64,000 nucleotides of DNA. It comes from a virus. Lineage: Duplodnaviria > Caudoviricetes. Each line of letters starts with the position of its first letter. Position 1 is the stretch's first letter. The DNA is taken from IMG/VR virus record IMGVR_UViG_3300012973_001074, positions 32,001 to 96,000 of that record. One strand, written 5' to 3'. The notes beneath the pieces are model-generated. The model saw nothing but the letters and a program-made list of their open reading frames with translations. It searched no databases and was not told the DNA's origin. The position numbers were made by a program, and so were the translations under genes. Below, piece by piece: positions 37,901-46,860 of the stretch.

Positions 37901-39270
37901 TCTCCCGACTTCGGCGTGCGCGGCGTGTTCGGATTGTCGTCGACGTCAGGGGCAGGCCCGATGATGACTTCACCGTCTCGCCCTTGGGGGCGCGGTACCT
38001 GGTCGCGTCGCTTCTTCCCAGCCTTCGTGCGCGATTGCTCAGAGCGGAACGGGATATCACGCGCGACACTTGCGTCGCGCGGGACGTCACGTGTGGAGGG
38101 GGCGGCGTTTGGTACCTCCTTCACGACCGGGCGATCGTCCGAGGCCACACGGTACGCAGGCGGCCTGTTGGCGCGCGTCTGGACGACGATGGCCGACTCG
38201 CGAGCGACGAGACTCGCTCCACCATGCATGAATACGTTGCGTACTGCTCGCGCTGCGTGGACGTCGATGAACATGTGCATCGAGCTGTTCGCCACACCCC
38301 ATAGAACAAGCGTTTGCGCCGCGAGGTTGTTGTGCGGTGTGCTTTCGAGGAACTGACTGGCGAACGTGGCGGCGGTCGCGTCGTCGCCCACTCCGAACCA
38401 CTCGGCACATTCCAGCAAACGCTCTACAAGCTGTCGCGCGGTGGTCGCGTTCCGCGCAACGAGGGCGGCTACCCCGGATGGAAGCCGGTACGCTCCGTCG
38501 GTGCAGACGAGGAAGAAGCGCGCCTCAAAAGCGTCACCGAAGGAGGCGAGATGGGGTTCGACGTCCGGCCCCATGCCGATGAACTGCAGGAGTTTGTGAT
38601 GTTCCGGACTGGGCTCGGTGCCTTTCTGCCCGAGTGCGTCGAGTGCGCCTTGCAGCGTGTCGTCCGGAGTCAGCTGCTCAAGGTCAGCTCCGGTGGCGGG
38701 CGGGGACGCGTCGCGCACGGCGAAGACACGCGTATCGCCGACGGAACAGATGAAGGCGTCGTGAGCGTGTACGACGACAGCGGCAAGAGTCGTTCCGCCG
38801 TGCCCCCCGAACAGTTCGTAGACTCGTTGATTCGCGTACTCCGCAGCCGCGCGCAGCGAGACCCTTAGCGGGACGCCGGACGACGTCATGGCTGCGAGCA
38901 CCAGCACGAAGGCCGCGATGGCAGTTTCGGCGCAGTCCGCGCCATGCTCCAAGCCTCCGATCCCGTCGCAGACGACAAACGCGTCGGCTGCGCCTCCGTT
39001 GCCATCAGAGAAGCGTGCGCAGAGCACTCGATCTTGGTTGTGCTTCCGGAGCGTTCCTACGCGCGTGCCGATGCAGGTGAGCTCGGTCAGCGGGCTTGCG
39101 ATCCCTCGCGCTTGGGGTCGGAGCCACGACGCGATTGCCAGCTCGCGCTGTTGCAGCTCCCCGATCATTGCCGTTCTTTCGCACCCGCGGTTCGTCGCGC
39201 CCGTCTCACGGGCCAATCTTAGCGCCGACAGTAAATAACGTAAGGCCACTTTCGTCAACGAAGTCTCCAT
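37897..39270 (-). CDS. pfpC: PP2C-family phosphatase, KKP module (start may be 39168)
   Basis: RKHNQD, VCDGIGG, GGTT, SVGDTR, QLTPDD, CTDG, DDAT motifs. Confidence 0.85.
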   Translation of the reverse strand: METSLTKVALRYLLSALRLARETGATNRGCERTAMIGELQQRELAIASWLRPQARGIASPLTELTCIGTRVGTLRKHNQDRVLCARFSDGNGGAADAFVVCDGIGGLEHGADCAETAIAAFVLVLAAMTSSGVPLRVSLRAAAEYANQRVYELFGGHGGTTLAAVVVHAHDAFICSVGDTRVFAVRDASPPATGADLEQLTPDDTLQGALDALGQKGTEPSPEHHKLLQFIGMGPDVEPHLASFGDAFEARFFLVCTDGAYRLPSGVAALVARNATTARQLVERLLECAEWFGVGDDATAATFASQFLESTPHNNLAAQTLVLWGVANSSMHMFIDVHAARAVRNVFMHGGASLVARESAIVVQTRANRPPAYRVASDDRPVVKEVPNAAPSTRDVPRDASVARDIPFRSEQSRTKAGKKRRDQVPRPQGRDGEVIIGPAPDVDDNPNTPRTPKSGE

Positions 39271-39827
39271 CTTGACGCGCGCCCTGGCGCTTCGGCGACG
39301 ACCACGCGCCGTGGACGTGGCGTCACTCCGTAGGTCGCGACGCCATAGCGTCGCCAACAGACAGAGGACCACGATGACCAGGAAGCCGAGGAAGCGGACG
39401 GGACAGAAGCCAACCGAACCCTCCGCCGCTGCCGCGCGATCAATCTGAACGTCCGGGTGACGCCCGAGGAGCTCGCGAAGCGCCACGCCCTCGCTGCCGA
39501 TCGCGACCTCACGGCGCGCACGTTCGTCCGGCACGTCGTGCGCGACGCGTATGCAGCTCGCTTCGGCAACGCGCCGCCGCCGGCGTCGAGGGACGTAGCC
39601 AGGCTGCCGCCGGGGCGGGCGAGCTGCGGAAGCTCGAGACGGGATGGGAGGCGCGCCGTGCGGATCGACGGGAGCCGAAAGGGCTTCTTCCTCTCGACGA
39701 TCGCGCCGAACGATGAGCCAGTGGCGCGCGAGCCGCTTGTCTCTCTCGGTCAGGTCCGGAGGAGAGCATCGCAAGACACACGGACGTCATCACGCAGCCT
39801 TCCCAGTCTCGATCTGCCTCCGAAGCT

Positions 39828-39853
39828 GCGAGTCTCGGGCTCCGCGTCCACCG
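39828..39853 (+). repeat. 26-bp direct repeat, right copy
   Basis: Identical to 35457-35482. Confidence 0.85.
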
Positions 39854-39864
39854 AACGCCCGGGC

Positions 39865-40083
39865 TCAGTCCGTCATGCGGTAGAGGACGTCGGGTCGCTC
39901 GAACGCCCCATGGGCCACCCCGTCGAGCTTCTCCCACGACGCATTCGGCATTGCGCGCTCGAGCCGCCCCACAATGTCTATGGTCCACTTCCACCGATCT
40001 GGAGCTCTGTGTCTGGCCGCCCAGTAGTAGGCCTTCTGCACGAGCCTCGCGCGTATCGCGGGATTGCCCACTCGCTCGCTCAC
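39865..40083 (-). CDS. Hypothetical protein (72 aa)
   Basis: GTGA overlap with the upstream lipoprotein gene stop. Confidence 0.45.
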   Translation of the reverse strand: MSERVGNPAIRARLVQKAYYWAARHRAPDRWKWTIDIVGRLERAMPNASWEKLDGVAHGAFERPDVLYRMTD

Positions 40084-40435
40084 TTGCAGCCTGCCTTGGC
40101 CCTGCAGGCGTTGAACTGGTCGCGGCAGTCGCGCTCGATCTCGCGGATGATCTCGTCGTCGCCCGGCTCGGGAATGATTCGAAGCGGTCGCCGACGGTCG
40201 GAGGCCTTACAGACCTCGAACCCGTGCGCGCAGGTTGCGCACGGCGAGGGCCCCTTGCTCCTCCGTGCGTGCTCGCGCGTTCGTGTACTTTCACGCACGA
40301 CTCGTAGTCCTTCGAATACGGGCAGTGCTGCGCGAGGTACGCCTCGCGTGCGAGCTGCTCCTTCGACTTCGACTTGCATCCGATCGCCGCAAGCGCGCCG
40401 AGCACGACGAGCGCCGCCAGGTAGCCCTTGCCCAT
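40080..40435 (-). pseudogene. Frameshifted Cys-rich lipoprotein
   Basis: MGKGYLAALVVLGALAAIGC lipobox in one frame; CATC..DCRDQFNACRAKAGCK* in another; shift near 40260-40290. Confidence 0.55.
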
Positions 40436-40672
40436 GTTCGCAGTATGCGGGCTTCGGTTGTCGGAGCGCAATCCGTTCCGCCGCCCGTCAAGCTCTCCGC
40501 GCGCTGCCGCTTGCGGATTTGTCGGGCGGGGCGGTCGGCGCTCCTCCGGCGGACGGCCTCGGCGGTGGCCGCTCCTCCGCGTACGCGGCTCCTCCGCGCA
40601 TCCGCGGAGCGAGGGCCCTACCAGCGCCTTCGGCGCGCTTCGGGCCGCCCACGAGGCGTTTACGCGGACTCA

Positions 40673-40733
40673 CGAAGATCCCGAAGAATCGCGGCGGGTG
40701 CCACTTAACTTTCGGACGCCGTGTCCGTATCTT
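40673..40733 (+). promoter_or_regulatory. Repeated promoter/operator element, copy 1
   Basis: CGAAGATCCCGAAG...TTAACT-ttCGGACgccgtGTCCG-TATCTT. Confidence 0.8.
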
Positions 40734-40754
40734 TTTGTTGTGGGAGGCACGGCG

Positions 40755-41054
40755 ATGGCGAAGCGATTCTGGTTCAAGACCTCGGAGCTCTACATGAAGG
40801 GGCCGTTCACACTTGTGGGCGTGCTCGCCTCGTCCTGGGACGAGGCAAAGGAGGTCGCGATCCGCGAGCCGGCCTCGCGCGCGCTCCTCTGCCTCCCGTG
40901 CGGGTGGCTCCACGCCAACGTCATCGATGTCGGCGTCTTCCCCTGCTCGGAGACGGCGACGGTCGTCGTCCGTCTGCCGGAGCCGGAGACCCGAAAACCG
41001 GGGCTGAAGTGTGCTCCCAAGCGCACGCGCACAAAGGCCCGGAAAGCGGCCTGA
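40755..41054 (+). CDS. Hypothetical phage protein
   Basis: GGGAGG SD + MAKRFWFK, directly after the repeated promoter. Confidence 0.6.
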   Translation: MAKRFWFKTSELYMKGPFTLVGVLASSWDEAKEVAIREPASRALLCLPCGWLHANVIDVGVFPCSETATVVVRLPEPETRKPGLKCAPKRTRTKARKAA

Positions 41055-41061
41055 GCGCTCC

Positions 41062-41122
41062 CGAAGTTCCCGAAGAATATCGGGTGTCACACTTAGGATT
41101 TCAGACACGGCGTCCGGAACAT
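41062..41122 (+). promoter_or_regulatory. Repeated promoter/operator element, copy 2
   Basis: CGAAGTTCCCGAAG...TAGGAT-ttCAGACacggcGTCCG-GAACAT. Confidence 0.75.
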
Positions 41123-41143
41123 ATCAACGGAAGGCGGGACGAG

Positions 41144-41569
41144 ATGATTGAGATGAAGCCGTTTGCACGACATGACTGGTACGGGTTCGCGGGCGCGGAG
41201 CGCTTCGCCGACGGCAGCGAGCCGCTGATTGGCTCGGCCACGGTGGTCTCGGAAGGGACCGAATTCGGCGCGATCGTCGTGCTCGACGCGGTGGGCCTCT
41301 TCGTGGAGGTCATCTGCGACGAGGGGAACCGGCTCGCCTACGTGGTGTTCGAGGGCTCGTACGCCGCGCGCTCTCTGGCGATGCTCGGCAAGAGGGTCGA
41401 GTGGCCGGTCCTGCGCGCCATGCCCGGTGCGGAGGTCCTCGACCACGAGGTGCCGAAAGGGCGCGAAGACGAGCTCGTGTGCGTCGAGTGCGAGCACGGC
41501 TCGCACTACGGCATGCCGGACGACGGCGTGCCCGCCTTCCCGACGGTCTCGACCCTGGCGGCGCACTAA
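41144..41569 (+). CDS. Hypothetical phage protein
   Basis: MIEMKPFARHDWYGFAGAE, after the repeated promoter. Confidence 0.65.
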   Translation: MIEMKPFARHDWYGFAGAERFADGSEPLIGSATVVSEGTEFGAIVVLDAVGLFVEVICDEGNRLAYVVFEGSYAARSLAMLGKRVEWPVLRAMPGAEVLDHEVPKGREDELVCVECEHGSHYGMPDDGVPAFPTVSTLAAH

Positions 41570-41571
41570 CG

Positions 41572-41632
41572 CGGAGTCCCCGAAGTTTCTTTCGGGGAGC
41601 CACTAGACTTTCGGACACGGCGACCGATACTA
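41572..41632 (+). promoter_or_regulatory. Repeated promoter/operator element, copy 3
   Basis: CGGAGTCCCCGAAG...TAGACT-ttCGGACacggcGACCG-ATACTA. Confidence 0.75.
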
Positions 41633-41652
41633 AAGGTGTGAGGGAGACGACA

Positions 41653-42813
41653 ATGGCAAACGTGACCAGCATCAGCAGCAAGAAGTCCACGACCAACGCG
41701 AGCGGCCTCGTCCAGCTCGTCGCCGAATTGAACGCCGCGTTCCCGGAGCGCTCCGAGGTCGTCGCGGCCCTCGTGACGGTGGCTGTCGCCGGCGAACATG
41801 CGGTGATGCTCGGTCCGCCCGGTACCGCGAAGAGCGCGCTCGCTCGAGCCCTCTCGGCGGCCTTTCAGACAAAGAGCTACTTCGAGCTTCTGATGACGCG
41901 GTTCACGACGCCCGAGGAAGTCTTCGGGCCGGTGAAGCTCTCGGGCCTGCAGCAGGACCGCTTCTCTCGCGCGACGGCGGGCTACTTGCCGACGGCGGAG
42001 GTCGCGTTCATCGATGAGATTTTCAAGGCGAACAGCGCCATCCTGAACGCGCTGCTCACGGGCCTGAACGAGCGCGTGTTCCACGACGACGGCAAGCCCG
42101 TCAGCATCCCGCTCGTCACGTGCATCGCGGCGAGCAACGAGCTTCCCGAGGGCCCGGAGCTGGACGCGCTCTACGACCGGTTCCTCGTTCGCGTCGTCAC
42201 CGACTACATCGCGGACCGCGACACGTTCCGTGACCTCCTCGCCAACATCGCGGGCGGAAAGCACACGAAGGTCGCGGCGACGGTCGACATTCGCGCGGAA
42301 CAGGCCGCGGCCAAGAAGGTCACGATCACGGACGAGACGATCGACGCTCTCACGGGCCTCCGCGACGCGGCTCGCACCGCGGGCCTCACGGTCTCGGACC
42401 GCCGGTGGGTCCAGTGCCTCGCGCTCGTTCGCGCCGCGGCCCACGTCGACGGCCGGGCCTCGACGCTCCCGGATGACCTCGAAATTCTGGAGCACGTGCT
42501 CTGGCGCAAGCCGGACGAGCGAGTCTCGGTGGCGCGGACCATCCAGACGACGGTGAACCCGGCAGGCGCGAGGGCGGTCGAAGAGCTCGACGCCGCGCGA
42601 GAGCTTCTCGCGAAGCTCCCGGTCCACGGCTCGGTCGACCCGGGCTCTTACATGGCCGCGATCGGCAGCGCGACGAAGGACATCAGCGAGATCCTCAAGC
42701 GGGTCTCGGGCCTCCCGTCGGGCCGCAAGGTGGACGCCGCGAAAGCGGAGATCGCCAAGATCAAGCAGGACATCGGCAGGCGGGCAATGCGCGCGGCGGG
42801 CATTGAGCTGTGA
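41653..42813 (+). CDS. MoxR/RavA-family AAA+ ATPase
   Basis: GPPGTAKS, RFTTPEEVFGP, FIDEIFKANSAILNALL, ASNELP, ALYDRF, SDRRW. Confidence 0.92.
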   Translation: MANVTSISSKKSTTNASGLVQLVAELNAAFPERSEVVAALVTVAVAGEHAVMLGPPGTAKSALARALSAAFQTKSYFELLMTRFTTPEEVFGPVKLSGLQQDRFSRATAGYLPTAEVAFIDEIFKANSAILNALLTGLNERVFHDDGKPVSIPLVTCIAASNELPEGPELDALYDRFLVRVVTDYIADRDTFRDLLANIAGGKHTKVAATVDIRAEQAAAKKVTITDETIDALTGLRDAARTAGLTVSDRRWVQCLALVRAAAHVDGRASTLPDDLEILEHVLWRKPDERVSVARTIQTTVNPAGARAVEELDAARELLAKLPVHGSVDPGSYMAAIGSATKDISEILKRVSGLPSGRKVDAAKAEIAKIKQDIGRRAMRAAGIEL

Positions 42814-42944
42814 GGTCGGTCGCGGAGGCCGCCTCCGGCGCTCCTCTGGCCCTCCGGGGCCGGTTCGGGCGCCGGTGCTCCCCGGACCCTTCGGCCGGGG
42901 CTCGAGCCCTCCCGCGGGCGCTCTACGCAGCGCACGGACCGCAC

Positions 42945-43005
42945 CGAAGTTCCCGAAGTTACTTTCGGTCGCGGTCGACACGTTCGGACGCGGCGTCCGT
43001 ATGTT
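42945..43005 (+). promoter_or_regulatory. Repeated promoter/operator element, copy 4
   Basis: CGAAGTTCCCGAAG...ttCGGACgcggcGTCCG-TATGTT. Confidence 0.8.
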
Positions 43006-43035
43006 CTATGGGTGTAACGGAGCTGAACGGAGGAG

Positions 43036-44493
43036 ATGACGATGGATCGCGCGAACTGCTACGACGTCCCGAAGCACCACCGAAACCTGTGGCGCGACTA
43101 CTCGACGGAGACCCGCGAGCCGGCGCGCGTCGCGGAGACCGGCGACAAGCGCGCGTCGGGCTTCGGCGAGGGCTTCATGCCGGAGCTGTTTCACCGACTG
43201 TACGCGGAGACGCCGCGCGAGGTGGCGGACGACTCCCGGTCGACGGCGGCGGCGGTTCGGTCGAAGCTCCACGGCCTCGTGAGCGAGCTGCCGGAGTTTG
43301 AGACCCTGCGCAAGCAGACCGTGCGCGACGCAATGTGGTCCGGGATGGCGGCGACGGCGCTCGCCGACCACGTCACGCGGGTGATGCCGGACCTCTCGCC
43401 CAACACGCCGGACGCGGACCGCGCGACGGCGCTGCTCGAAGGCCTGCAGCAGCTCGCCGGCGACACGCCGGAGGCGGCGCTCGCGTTCGCCTCGCACGTT
43501 GCGAAGGCCAAGGCCGCAGCGGAAGCCGCGGACGCGGCGGTGAGCGCGCAGGCCGCGAGCCTCGACGAAACGGCGCTCCGGCAGGCGATGCGCGCGGGCA
43601 TCAAGGCCGCGGCGGACGCGATTGACGAGGCGGAGGCGGCGCTCGCGTCGCTCGGTTGGGGAACGTCGGTCTCGGGCGGCGGAGCGAACAAGGCCCCGGG
43701 CGTCGCGGTCGAGCTGGCTCGCCGGGTGCGCTCGTCGGAGACCTTGAAGCGGATCATCGAGCTTGCGGGTCGGCTCATCCTGACCGCGCGGCAGAAGCGA
43801 GCCACGCGAACCGAGTATGCCCGCAGCGAAATCGTGGGCGTCGAGCAGACCGGGAACCTCGCGCGGATCCTCCCGAGTGAGCTCGTCTCGCTCGCCGACC
43901 CGATGATGACCGCGAGCCTCTACCGGCGAGTCCTCGAGCGCGCGGCGCTCGGGTACAAAATGGCCGGCTCGGAACGGTCGGCGAAGGGACCGATCGTCCT
44001 CCTGCTCGACCAGAGCGGCTCGATGCTCGACGACGGAAAGGACGAATGGGCGAAGGGCGTCGCGCTTGCGCTGCTCGACGCGGCCCGCGCGGAGAAGCGA
44101 GCCTTCGGGATCATCCTCTACAACGGCGGCGTTGCTGAGGCGAAGCTCTTCCCGGTCGCCGCGGACGCCGACCCGCGCGCCATCCTCGACCTGCTCTCGC
44201 GGTCGCCGGACGGCGGAACGAACTACGCTCCCGCGATGAAGCAGGCCCTCGACTGGATCTCGACGGCCGGGACCTTCAAGCGCGCGGACGTGGTCCACAT
44301 CACCGACGGCGAGGCTGACACGAAGGAGGCAGCGGCCGCTCGGACCCGCGCGAAGGACCTCGGCGTCCACATCTTCGGCATCGGAATCGCGGGCGGTGGC
44401 CGGGCTCTGGAGGCCTGGAGCGACGAGGTCCGGACCATCCGCGACGTCAAAGCGGACGCCCCGGCGGTCGACTTGATCTTCGATTCGATCTGA
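43036..44493 (+). CDS. vWA-domain protein (ViaA-like)
   Basis: LARILPSEL, GPIVLLLDQSGSM (MIDAS), GGTN, ITDG. Confidence 0.9.
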   Translation: MTMDRANCYDVPKHHRNLWRDYSTETREPARVAETGDKRASGFGEGFMPELFHRLYAETPREVADDSRSTAAAVRSKLHGLVSELPEFETLRKQTVRDAMWSGMAATALADHVTRVMPDLSPNTPDADRATALLEGLQQLAGDTPEAALAFASHVAKAKAAAEAADAAVSAQAASLDETALRQAMRAGIKAAADAIDEAEAALASLGWGTSVSGGGANKAPGVAVELARRVRSSETLKRIIELAGRLILTARQKRATRTEYARSEIVGVEQTGNLARILPSELVSLADPMMTASLYRRVLERAALGYKMAGSERSAKGPIVLLLDQSGSMLDDGKDEWAKGVALALLDAARAEKRAFGIILYNGGVAEAKLFPVAADADPRAILDLLSRSPDGGTNYAPAMKQALDWISTAGTFKRADVVHITDGEADTKEAAAARTRAKDLGVHIFGIGIAGGGRALEAWSDEVRTIRDVKADAPAVDLIFDSI

Positions 44494-44514
44494 GTCGCTC
44501 GGGGGGAGCGACTC
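44492..44514 (+). terminator. Hairpin after the vWA gene
   Basis: GAGTCGCTC-N5-GAGCGACTC. Confidence 0.4.
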
Positions 44515-44676
44515 GGTCGGCCGCGACCAGAACCTACACCTCACATCGGCCGACCCTTCACCAGAAAAGAAACAGTTTGTGCTCCAAGCATCTCCTTTGC
44601 CGTTGCCCCTGCACAACTAGTTTCGCTTACCAGCAACCTGAGCACTCGCAAGACGAGCGAGAGACGCGGTAGAATC

Positions 44677-44892
44677 ATGTCGACGCGGGGCAAGTACGAA
44701 GTTCTGATCACGGTGGCCATGCGGTTCGACGACCAAGATTCGGCCGTCGAGACCGCGGCCGCCTACGGGGTCGCGACGCGCGAGATTGCGCACGCCGACA
44801 GGATCCCCCTTGAGATGCAGTGTCAGCTTCGCGTGTGCGACGACGACGAGCCAGCGCTGACGACGGCGCCGAGCTTCAGCAAGGCGAACTGA
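44677..44892 (+). CDS. Hypothetical protein
   Basis: 71-aa ORF co-oriented with neighbours. Confidence 0.4.
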   Translation: MSTRGKYEVLITVAMRFDDQDSAVETAAAYGVATREIAHADRIPLEMQCQLRVCDDDEPALTTAPSFSKAN

Positions 44893-44970
44893 TGATGAGC
44901 GCCGGCAGGCGCGTGAAGGCCTGCACCGGAGCGAGGCCATGGTCGAACGGCTTAGGAAAGAGGCTTCCCG

Positions 44971-45444
44971 ATGACCGACGCAGGCAAGAAGGGTCGTCGC
45001 GTGTACCGCGTCCTCTACGAGGGTGTTCACTCATCGATCGAAGTTGTCGCGGTGGAGCACGACGAGTTTGCCGGTACTGGGATGACCTTTGCCGAGGCAA
45101 AGCGCGAGCTCTGCCGGTACCTTCGGCGCTGCCGCGACGAATGGGCAGAGGCGGCTCGAGCCGCCTCGCAGCTCGAGCCGGCGCACGTGAGCAACAGTCT
45201 GCTCCGCGCGGAGTCGGTCGCGAAGCGCGTCAAGAACAGGATGGTCGGTCCGTGGGAGTACCACCGGTGTGCGGCTCACGGGGTCGGCAATCAGTTTCGG
45301 TGGACGTGGCCTGCGAACGGCACGGTCCGAGACGCGGTCGTCGAGTACGCGCGGTCCGGATGCACCGAGTGCAAGGCGGCCTGGCAGAAGCACAGCGCCG
45401 ATAGAGACGTCGCGAGAATGCTGTTGGAGCTTGGCAGCGGCTGA
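44971..45444 (+). CDS. Hypothetical protein
   Basis: 157-aa ORF with GAGG SD. Confidence 0.5.
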   Translation: MTDAGKKGRRVYRVLYEGVHSSIEVVAVEHDEFAGTGMTFAEAKRELCRYLRRCRDEWAEAARAASQLEPAHVSNSLLRAESVAKRVKNRMVGPWEYHRCAAHGVGNQFRWTWPANGTVRDAVVEYARSGCTECKAAWQKHSADRDVARMLLELGSG

Positions 45445-45556
45445 CGTGCGCCGCGACGACTAGCGGCAAACCACCATTGCATGCCCGAGCGGCGGATCGT
45501 CTTCTGGACCGATCGCGTTGGCGTCGGCGCGCGAGAAGAGGAAGAGGAGAGAGAAC

Positions 45557-46153
45557 ATGAATCAGCAGTACCCGCAGTACCCTCAGGGCCAGTACCCTCA
45601 GGGCCAGTACCCCCAAGGCCCATACGGGCAGCCGCCAAAGCGCGGGCTCGGAACCGGGGCGACCATCGCGATCGTGCTCGCGTGCCTCTTCGGCGGCTGC
45701 ATGTTCCTGGGCGGCGTCGGCAAGGCGCTCGGGCCGAAGCAGCCGACGAGCTCGACGTCGACCGCGACGCCGGCGGCGAAGGCGGCGGCCCCGTCGCTCA
45801 AGACGGACGAGGACGACGAGTCCACCTACGTGCATACGCCAGTGACCGCTGGGCAGCTCATCGCCGACTACGAAGGCAACGAGGTTCGCGGCGACAACGC
45901 GTGGAAGGGCCAGCGTGTCGCCGTCACGGGCGTCGTCCGCTCGGTTGACAAGGGACCGCTTGGAGGGCTCTACGTCGTTGTCGTGCCGGAGAACGCGTCG
46001 CCCTATCAGTTCCACTCGGTCCACGTGAATCTGAAGAAGGGCGAGGAGAGCAGCGCCGCATCGCTCAACAAGGGCGAGAAGCACACGTTCAAGGGCAAGG
46101 TACAGGGCTTCATCGTCGGCTCGGTCTCCGTCCGCGACGCCGTGATCGACTAG
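45557..46153 (+). CDS. Membrane-anchored OB-fold protein (tRNA_anti-like)
   Basis: QYPQG repeats, one TM, then LIADYEGNEVRGDNAWKGQRVAVTGVV..LNKG. Confidence 0.75.
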   Translation: MNQQYPQYPQGQYPQGQYPQGPYGQPPKRGLGTGATIAIVLACLFGGCMFLGGVGKALGPKQPTSSTSTATPAAKAAAPSLKTDEDDESTYVHTPVTAGQLIADYEGNEVRGDNAWKGQRVAVTGVVRSVDKGPLGGLYVVVVPENASPYQFHSVHVNLKKGEESSAASLNKGEKHTFKGKVQGFIVGSVSVRDAVID

Positions 46154-46413
46154 CGCTCTCACGCGCATCCCACCGCACGCCGATAGAGCGAGTGTCAAGC
46201 TCGCTGACCCGAGGCGTCGCTGAATTGTAGGGGGTTCCGCGCGTGAATGCGCCGCGCGGGACCTCTACTGCACCGCTGCCCCTTCCCGGGCCTTGGGAGT
46301 CCTCGGCACCCTCGCCACGGCCGGCGCGCAACGCGCGGTCCAAAGGCCGGTTCCGGCGCTCCTCGGGCCGGTCGCGCGCGGACCGCACGAATCGCGCGCC
46401 GTCGGGCTCCGGT

Positions 46414-46474
46414 CGAAGTCCCCGAAGTTTCTTCGTGGCCAGGTCTTCACTTTCGGACTCGGTGTCCGTATGTT
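46414..46474 (+). promoter_or_regulatory. Repeated promoter/operator element, copy 5
   Basis: CGAAGTCCCCGAAG...TTCACT-ttCGGACtcggtGTCCG-TATGTT. Confidence 0.8.
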
Positions 46475-46488
46475 CTTTGTGTCGGGAG

Positions 46489-46848
46489 ATGGCGATGAAA
46501 ACGACTCACTGCGTGATCGAGGAAATCAACGGCGTGCGTACGGTCGACTCGTGGTGGTGCCACGAGCACACCGCGAAGGAGCACGCCCAGCAGGCCGCGG
46601 GCATCCGCTCGCGATTCGGCAAGCCGGACGGCCGGACCCGCCGATACCTCGTGGTCGGGGACGAGCCCGGCGTGGCGCTCGCCGATATGACCGTGCTTCA
46701 CGCCTTCGATGTGAGGCCGCCGTGCACGAAGTGCGGTGCGCTCGGGCACGCTGCGCAGGACCACGCATGGGATCCGGAACTGCGCGGAGTTCCCGAAGTT
46801 TCTTCGGTTCTACGCTCGACAATCGGACATGGTGACCGTAAGTTCTGA
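46489..46848 (+). CDS. Hypothetical protein with Zn-knuckle-like motif
   Basis: GGGAG SD; CTKCGALGH; 3' end reads through the next repeated promoter. Confidence 0.55.
   Translation: MAMKTTHCVIEEINGVRTVDSWWCHEHTAKEHAQQAAGIRSRFGKPDGRTRRYLVVGDEPGVALADMTVLHAFDVRPPCTKCGALGHAAQDHAWDPELRGVPEVSSVLRSTIGHGDRKF
46785..46844 (+). promoter_or_regulatory. Repeated promoter/operator element, copy 6
   Basis: CGGAGTTCCCGAAG...TCGACA-atCGGACatggtGACCG-TAAGTT. Confidence 0.75.
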
Positions 46849-46860
46849 CGCGAGAGGGAG

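Noticed and set aside
35457-39853. Direct repeats as prophage attL/attR or a DGR template/variable pair
   Set aside because: They are internal to the early region and enclose no integrase; no reverse transcriptase and no adenine-specific mismatches
45560-45630. CAGTACCC tandem repeats as a regulatory VNTR
   Set aside because: They simply encode the QYPQG low-complexity N-terminus of a membrane protein
40673-46844. Repeated elements as a CRISPR array or integron attC sites
   Set aside because: Spacing is gene-sized and irregular, copies are degenerate and promoter-shaped, and there is no cas or intI gene
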